A stretch of 10,775 bases of DNA from Myxococcales bacterium (lineage in GTDB: Bacteria > Myxococcota_A > UBA9042 > JABWCM01 > BTVJ01). Below, one piece after another: positions 6,447 to 10,775 of the stretch (positions are counted from its first letter, which is position 1; every line of letters starts with the position of its first letter). Location: positions 1 to 10,775 of the forward strand of contig BTVJ01000146.1 in NCBI GenBank assembly GCA_045863395.1, read 5' to 3'. A model generated the notes under the pieces. That model worked only from the letters and a program-made list of their open reading frames with translations. It was not told the origin of the DNA and searched no databases. A program made the translations under genes and the position numbers.

Positions 6447-7268
6447 TCAGAAGAGCAGGCGCGCCAGGCGGGAGCGGTAGTCGCGGACCAGGTCCGAGTC
6501 GGCGCCGAGCAGCGTGAAGAGGATCGTCAGGGCCTCACGGGCGCGGTCCCGGGTGCGCGCCGAGGGGACGGCGAGCAGCAGCGCGTCCATGGCCTCCTGG
6601 GTCTGACCGGCGGCGGCGAGGCGGATGCCGCGGGCGTAGGCGGCCTCCGGCGCGGCCGCGGAGGGGTCGTCGGGCCCCAGGGTCGACACCAGGCGGGTCA
6701 GGCGCAGGGTGGCGAGGCCCCGGTCCGCCTCGGCCTCGTCCGGGCCGCCGCCCGTCACGCGCTGGTAGTGCTCCTCCGCCTCGTCGAGGCGGCCCTGGCC
6801 GACCCGGATGGCAGCGAGCCCGAGCAGCGCCCGGGGCTGGCGCGGGTCGAGGGCGAGGGCCTCCAGGAAGGTGGCCTCGGCGACCGCGCCTTCTTCGGAC
6901 TCGCCCCGGGCGGCCAGGCGGTCCGCCTCGGTGGGCAGGTAGGCGGCGAGGAAGGCGCGGATCTCGGGCTCCGGGCGGTAGCCCACCAGCTCGCCGGTGA
7001 CGGCCCCCCGCTGGAACAGCTTGACCGCCGGGATCCCCTGGATGCGGTAGCGAAGGGTGAGGTCGCGGCACGCCTCCGTGTCCACCTTCGCGAGGAGCAC
7101 CTGGCCGGCGAGCGCGGTGACCACGCTCTCCAGCGCCGGCGTCATCATGCGGCACGGGCCGCACCACGCCGCCCAGAAGTCGACGAGGACGGGCACGGTG
7201 CGCGACCGCTCGATCACGGCGCTGTCGAAGTCGGCCTCGGTTACGTCGAAGATCCATGGGGACGGCAT
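6447..7268 (-). CDS. cnoX: Thioredoxin-TPR chaperedoxin CnoX (YbbN), 273 aa
   Basis: ATG at 7268 is properly spaced from AGGAGG; the GTG at 7277 overlaps that SD. It has a thioredoxin domain (VPVLVDFWAAWCGPC, IQGIPAVKLF), TPR helices and the typical C-terminus YRSRLARLLF. Confidence 0.9.
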   Translation of the reverse strand: MPSPWIFDVTEADFDSAVIERSRTVPVLVDFWAAWCGPCRMMTPALESVVTALAGQVLLAKVDTEACRDLTLRYRIQGIPAVKLFQRGAVTGELVGYRPEPEIRAFLAAYLPTEADRLAARGESEEGAVAEATFLEALALDPRQPRALLGLAAIRVGQGRLDEAEEHYQRVTGGGPDEAEADRGLATLRLTRLVSTLGPDDPSAAAPEAAYARGIRLAAAGQTQEAMDALLLAVPSARTRDRAREALTILFTLLGADSDLVRDYRSRLARLLF

Positions 7269-7294
7269 GGGCGGCACCTCCTGCGCGTGGGTGC

Positions 7295-7324
7295 ACCCTA
7301 CTGCGGGACGCGGACGGCGCGCAA
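7295..7324 (-). promoter_or_regulatory. Candidate sigma70-type promoter for cnoX
   Basis: The minus strand reads TTGCGC (7324-7319), an 18-bp spacer, then TAGGGT (7300-7295). Confidence 0.35.
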
Positions 7325-7338
7325 GGCTGCCGCCGGGG

Positions 7339-7368
7339 TTGCGGAGGGACGCGGCGGCTTGCTACGTT
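7339..7368 (+). promoter_or_regulatory. Candidate sigma70-type promoter for hemB
   Basis: TTGCGG (7339-7344), an 18-bp spacer, then TACGTT (7363-7368) with an extended -10 TG at 7360-7361. Confidence 0.4.
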
Positions 7369-7401
7369 GCGCGCCAGACCGCAGGCGCCCCGGAGGGACC
7401 C

Positions 7402-8382
7402 ATGCTGAACATGCGACGGAGGCCGCGGCGAAACCGCCGCAACGAGATCATCCGCTCCTTCCACCGCGAGACCGCGTTGGCGGCGCGCGACTTCATCTAC
7501 CCCCTGTTCATCCACGAGGGGAGCGACGACATCCCCATCGCGTCCATGCCCGGGTGCGCGCGCCTCAGCCCCGACGGGCTGCTGCGCGAGGTGGAGGGCG
7601 CGCTCGAGGACGGGGTGGGCGCGGTGGTGCTGTTCCCCGCGGTCGCCGAGGACCTCAAGACCCCCGGCGCGGAGGAGTGCTTCAACCCAGAGGGGTTGGT
7701 TCCACGCGCGATCCGCGGGCTGAAGGAGCGGTGGCCGGAGCTGCTGGTCGTCACGGACGTGGCGCTCGACCCCTACTCGAGCATGGGCCACGACGGCCTG
7801 GTCAGCGACGACGGGCGCATCCTCAACGACGAGACGGTGCGGGTGCTCTGCAAGCAGGCGCTGGCGCAAGCGCGGGCAGGCGCAGACATCATCTCACCGA
7901 GCGACATGATGGACGGGCGGGTCGGGGCGATCCGCGACGCGCTGGACGCCGAGGGCTTCTGCGAGGTGGCCATTCTCGCCTACACGGCCAAGTACGCGTC
8001 CGCATTCTATGGACCGTTCCGCGACGCCCTCGACTCGGCGCCGAAGTTCGGAGACAAGAAGACCTACCAGATGGACCCGGCCAACCGCCGGGAGGCGCTG
8101 CGCGAGGTGCTCCTGGACGAGCAGGAGGGCGCCGACATGGTGATGGTCAAGCCCGCCGGTCCCTACCTGGACGTGATCCGTGAGCTGCGGGAGGCGACGG
8201 CCCTGCCGGTGGCCGCCTACCAGGTGAGCGGCGAGTACGCCATGCTCAAGGCGGCGGCAGAGCGCGGGTGGCTCGACGAGCGCAAGGTGGTGCTCGAGAG
8301 CCTGCTCGGCATCCGGCGCGCCGGGGCGGACGTCATCTTGACCTACTTCGCCCGGGCCGCCGCCCGGTGGCTGCGGGGGTAG
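7402..8382 (+). CDS. hemB: Porphobilinogen synthase (delta-aminolevulinate dehydratase), Zn-independent type, 326 aa
   Basis: ATG at 7402 follows GGAGGG. Motifs: RRPRRNRR, TDVALDPYSSMGHDG, PSDMMDGRVGAIR, AKYASAFYGPFRDA, KTYQMDPAN, GADMVMVKP, AYQVSGEYAM and RRAGADVILTYFA. Confidence 0.98.
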   Translation: MLNMRRRPRRNRRNEIIRSFHRETALAARDFIYPLFIHEGSDDIPIASMPGCARLSPDGLLREVEGALEDGVGAVVLFPAVAEDLKTPGAEECFNPEGLVPRAIRGLKERWPELLVVTDVALDPYSSMGHDGLVSDDGRILNDETVRVLCKQALAQARAGADIISPSDMMDGRVGAIRDALDAEGFCEVAILAYTAKYASAFYGPFRDALDSAPKFGDKKTYQMDPANRREALREVLLDEQEGADMVMVKPAGPYLDVIRELREATALPVAAYQVSGEYAMLKAAAERGWLDERKVVLESLLGIRRAGADVILTYFARAAARWLRG

Positions 8383-8387
8383 CGGGG

Positions 8388-8846
8388 TCAGCCCCAGACC
8401 ACCGCCCCCTCGGGCAACCAGTAGAGCAGCAGCATGGAGCCCCCGGCGACGGTCGGCGTGTGGCGCGAGGCCGGCGGGAGCACGACCCAGGTGTCGGCGC
8501 GCCCGTCGAACGTTGCGCCCGGGGCGTCGGGGAAGCACAGGACCACCTCCCCGTTCGGGTGGGTGTGGGCGGGGCCGGCGCAGTCCTCCATGTAGACGCA
8601 GTCGACGGCGGCGCCCCCTGCGTCGGCCTCGGGCTTGATCACCCGCGAGAAGCGCATGGGCGCCTCCCCCCGGTGGGCGATGGCGCCGGCGGCCAACGCG
8701 GCCCTGGCGGCGCGCTCGATGGCGGCCACGGCGTCCGAGGCGGGTGGGAATGCGTGACGCAGAGCGGCCTCGGCGCTGTTGGGGTCGCGGAGGTCGAGGG
8801 TCGGGACCAGGGTCGAGATGGGGGCGAGCAGGCTCTTGAGCTCCAT
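8388..8846 (-). CDS. DUF4863 / PnbB (4-hydroxylaminobenzoate lyase)-like cupin-type protein, 152 aa
   Basis: ATG at 8846 follows AAGGAGG. The C-terminal half, VDCVYMEDCAGPAHTHPNGEV...FDG...WVVLPPASRHTPTVAGGSMLLLYWLPEGAV, matches the DUF4863 pattern as I recall it (HxHPNGE, FDG, SxHxPTV, LYxLPxG). Confidence 0.8.
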   Translation of the reverse strand: MELKSLLAPISTLVPTLDLRDPNSAEAALRHAFPPASDAVAAIERAARAALAAGAIAHRGEAPMRFSRVIKPEADAGGAAVDCVYMEDCAGPAHTHPNGEVVLCFPDAPGATFDGRADTWVVLPPASRHTPTVAGGSMLLLYWLPEGAVVWG

Positions 8847-8898
8847 GGCGTCCTCCTTCTGTGGGGGAGGCCGAGTATAGCGGAACTCGCGGGGCGGG

Positions 8899-8927
8899 TT
8901 GACCTGCACCGAAGTTCAGTGTTTCAT
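8899..8927 (+). promoter_or_regulatory. Candidate promoter of the radical SAM gene containing a Myxococcus-type LexA (SOS) box at 8904-8919
   Basis: TTGACC (8899-8904), a 17-bp spacer, then TTTCAT (8922-8927). The near-palindrome CTGCAC-cgaa-GTTCAG fits both half-sites of the M. xanthus LexA consensus CTRHAM-N4-GTTCAG. Confidence 0.6.
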
Positions 8928-8935
8928 GTGAGACC

Positions 8936-9970
8936 ATGTCCCCCACCGATCACCTTCGGGTCGTCTCGAACCCGCCGAACCCCTGGCACGCGAGCAGCGT
9001 GGACTGGCTCGGGGAGGCGCCGCTCGTGGAGCCCGAGGTGCGCATCGACGCCTCGAAGAGCATCCTCAGCGAGAACGACAGCCCGGACATCCCGTTCCGG
9101 TGGAGCGTCAACCCCTACCGGGGCTGCGCGCACGGGTGCAGCTACTGCTACGCTCGGCCGGGCCACCACTACCTGGATCTGGGAGCGGGGACGGACTGGG
9201 AGCGCAAGCTGGTGGTCAAGCCCGACGCGCCGGCGTTGCTGCGGACCGCCTTCGACGCCCCCCGATGGCGGGGGGAGCTGGTGGTCTTCTCGGGAGTCAC
9301 GGACTGCTATCAACCACTGGAGGCCGCCTGGAGGCTCACGCGGCAGTGCCTGGAGGTCTGCCGGGAGTACAGGAACCCCGTGTCGATCATCACGAAGGGG
9401 GCGCTCATCGAGCGCGACGCGGACCTGCTCGCCGAGCTCGGGAGGGAGGGGTGGTGCACCGTGTCCGTCAGCATCCCCTTCTTTGATGAGGACCGGGCGC
9501 GGGCCATCGAGCCGTGGGTGCCGACCCCAGCGCGGCGGTTCCGGGTGGTGGAGGCGCTGGCTCGCGCGGGTGTGCCCGTCGGCGTGAACGTCGCGCCCGT
9601 CATCCCCGGGCTCTCGGATTCGGACCTCCCCCTCGTGCTCGCAGCGGCGCGGGATGCGGGCGCCCGCTTCGCGTCCACGATCCTGCTGCGGCTGCCGGGG
9701 CCCGTGCGCGAGGTCTTCGTGGAGCGCCTGCACGCTGCACTTCCTGAGAGGGCGGCCAAGGTGGTTCATCAGATCGAGCAGTGCCGCGGCGGCGGAATGA
9801 GCGACTCGCGGTTCGGAGCGCGGATGCGCGGCACGGGCGAGCGCTGGCGGGTCATCGAGGCGCTGTTCGAGACGACGCGGCGGCGCCTCGGCTACGAGGA
9901 GTGGCCAAAGGTGCCGGACCCGAGCCCCTTCCGGCGGCCCGGGCAGGCGGAGCAGCTCCGGCTGCTGTAG
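8936..9970 (+). CDS. PA0069/Rv2578c-family radical SAM protein (spore photoproduct lyase-like, putative DNA repair), 344 aa
   Basis: NDSPDIPFRWSVNPYRGCAHGCSYCYARP contains CxxxCxxC (9125-9148). Other motifs: LGAGTDWERKLVVKPDAP, SGVTDCYQPLE, IITKG-x-LIERD, APVIPGLSD, LRLP and FGARMRGTG. Confidence 0.92.
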   Translation: MSPTDHLRVVSNPPNPWHASSVDWLGEAPLVEPEVRIDASKSILSENDSPDIPFRWSVNPYRGCAHGCSYCYARPGHHYLDLGAGTDWERKLVVKPDAPALLRTAFDAPRWRGELVVFSGVTDCYQPLEAAWRLTRQCLEVCREYRNPVSIITKGALIERDADLLAELGREGWCTVSVSIPFFDEDRARAIEPWVPTPARRFRVVEALARAGVPVGVNVAPVIPGLSDSDLPLVLAAARDAGARFASTILLRLPGPVREVFVERLHAALPERAAKVVHQIEQCRGGGMSDSRFGARMRGTGERWRVIEALFETTRRRLGYEEWPKVPDPSPFRRPGQAEQLRLL

Positions 9971-10326
9971 TCGGCTTGCCTCAACCGTTCGTCTGTTCCG
10001 TCGTCGAACCATCCCCCGCTTCGCCCTGTTTCTGATTCGTAACGCTCGCTCCCGCCAGGATTGACCGCCATGGCCCTCGGACCCGCGTCGCAGGCTGCGC
10101 TGCGGCGTCCGCTCTCCCCAGCGTGGCCACCCGAAGCCGATGGCCCCGATGTTGCTCGTGGCGAGCGCGGCGCGGACCAGCGGTGACACCGGCGGCTCGC
10201 GCCAGCCGGCAGAACGCCCCCAGCGTGGCACGTGACGACACGGCGGGCCTGGAGAGCGGGCCAGCGACATGATGGCCAGCCCCGCTGCGGCGGTAAGCGA
10301 ACGGCCCGACGAGCATGGAGGACCTC

Positions 10327-10775
10327 ATGCGGACGAGGAGAGGGGTACTGGGAGCTACGACAGCGCTGCTGCTCTGCGGCGCGCTCGCCCTGACGACGGG
10401 CTGCTCGGATGGTGCCGAGGGGGAGGCCGGAGCACAGGGGCCAGAGGGGGCACAGGGACCCGAAGGCGCTCCGGGCATGGAAGGTGCCCAGGGGCCCGCA
10501 GGGCCTGAGGGGCCGCAGGGAGCGGCCGGCGAGAAGGGGGCAGACGGTGCGCCGGGAGCCGTTGGAGAGCAGGGTCCGCAGGGACCCGCGGGCGAGCAGG
10601 GTCCGCAGGGACCCGCGGGCGAGCAGGGAGCGCAGGGACCCGAGGGACCCGAGGGCGCACAGGGGCCCGAGGGCGCGCAGGGACCCGAGGGCGCGCAGGG
10701 ACCCGAGGGCGCGCAGGGATCCGAGGGCGCGCAGGGACCCGAGGGCGCGCAGGGACCCGAGGGCGCGCAGGGACC
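10327..10775 (+). CDS. Collagen-like (Gly-X-Y) lipoprotein, 3'-truncated by the window end
   Basis: Absent from the ORF track because there is no stop in the window. ATG at 10327 follows GGAGGA (10317-10322). It reads [26 protein letters not shown]26-SD, then 40 uninterrupted Gly-X-Y triplets from 10411. Confidence 0.9.
   Translation, partial: MRTRRGVLGATTALLLCGALALTTGCSDGAEGEAGAQGPEGAQGPEGAPGMEGAQGPAGPEGPQGAAGEKGADGAPGAVGEQGPQGPAGEQGPQGPAGEQGAQGPEGPEGAQGPEGAQGPEGAQGPEGAQGSEGAQGPEGAQGPEGAQG
10567..10628 (+). repeat. 27-bp tandem repeat (2 copies + partial) encoding EQGPQGPAG
   Basis: GAGCAGGGTCCGCAGGGACCCGCGGGC occurs at 10567 and 10594, with a partial copy at 10621. Confidence 0.9.
10645..10775 (+). 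repeat. 18-bp tandem repeat (7 copies + partial) encoding GPEGAQ
   Basis: GGACCCGAGGGCGCGCAG units start at 10645, 10663, 10681, 10699, 10717, 10735 and 10753, with a partial unit at 10771. Three units carry a single substitution. Confidence 0.95.

Noticed and set aside
6447..7268. CnoX as a dedicated disulfide catalyst for the Cys-rich protease
   Set aside because: CnoX has no signal peptide and is a cytoplasmic housekeeping chaperone. The two genes are not in one operon.
7057..7401. N-terminal extension of HemB in the ORF track
   Set aside because: It overlaps cnoX on the opposite strand. HemB homology and the SD begin at 7402.
10226..10242. Sigma54 promoter upstream of the collagen-like gene
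   Set aside because: TGGCAC is present, but the required GC at -12 is absent (CA instead).
10567..10775. Terminal repeats as a CRISPR array
   Set aside because: The units are head-to-tail with no unique spacers, have lengths that are multiples of 9, and encode Gly-X-Y.

Overview
GC-rich window (roughly 70% by eye), probably from a Myxococcota-like deltaproteobacterium. That placement is inferred from a myxobacterial-type PilZ protein, a Cys-rich lipoprotein and a Myxococcus-like LexA box. Ten CDSs are supported, in order: a secreted HEAT-repeat protein (-) downstream of a 44-Cys-repeat lipoprotein metzincin protease (-); a stand-alone PilZ protein (-); a divergent fliW (+) followed 3 bp later by an 820-aa ion channel (+); cnoX/ybbN (-); hemB (+); a DUF4863/PnbB-like protein (-); a PA0069/Rv2578c-type radical SAM protein (+) with a probable SOS box; and a 3'-truncated collagen-like lipoprotein (+) missing from the ORF track. 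The most unusual items are the channel, which joins a voltage-sensor-like domain to a CASTOR/POLLUX-like DPGN pore and two RCK domains, its pairing with an orphan FliW lacking the family's conserved Asn opposite a PilZ gene, and the protease/HEAT gene pair. No rRNA, tRNA, CRISPR or mobile element was seen. All family calls come from motif recognition by eye; no searches were run.
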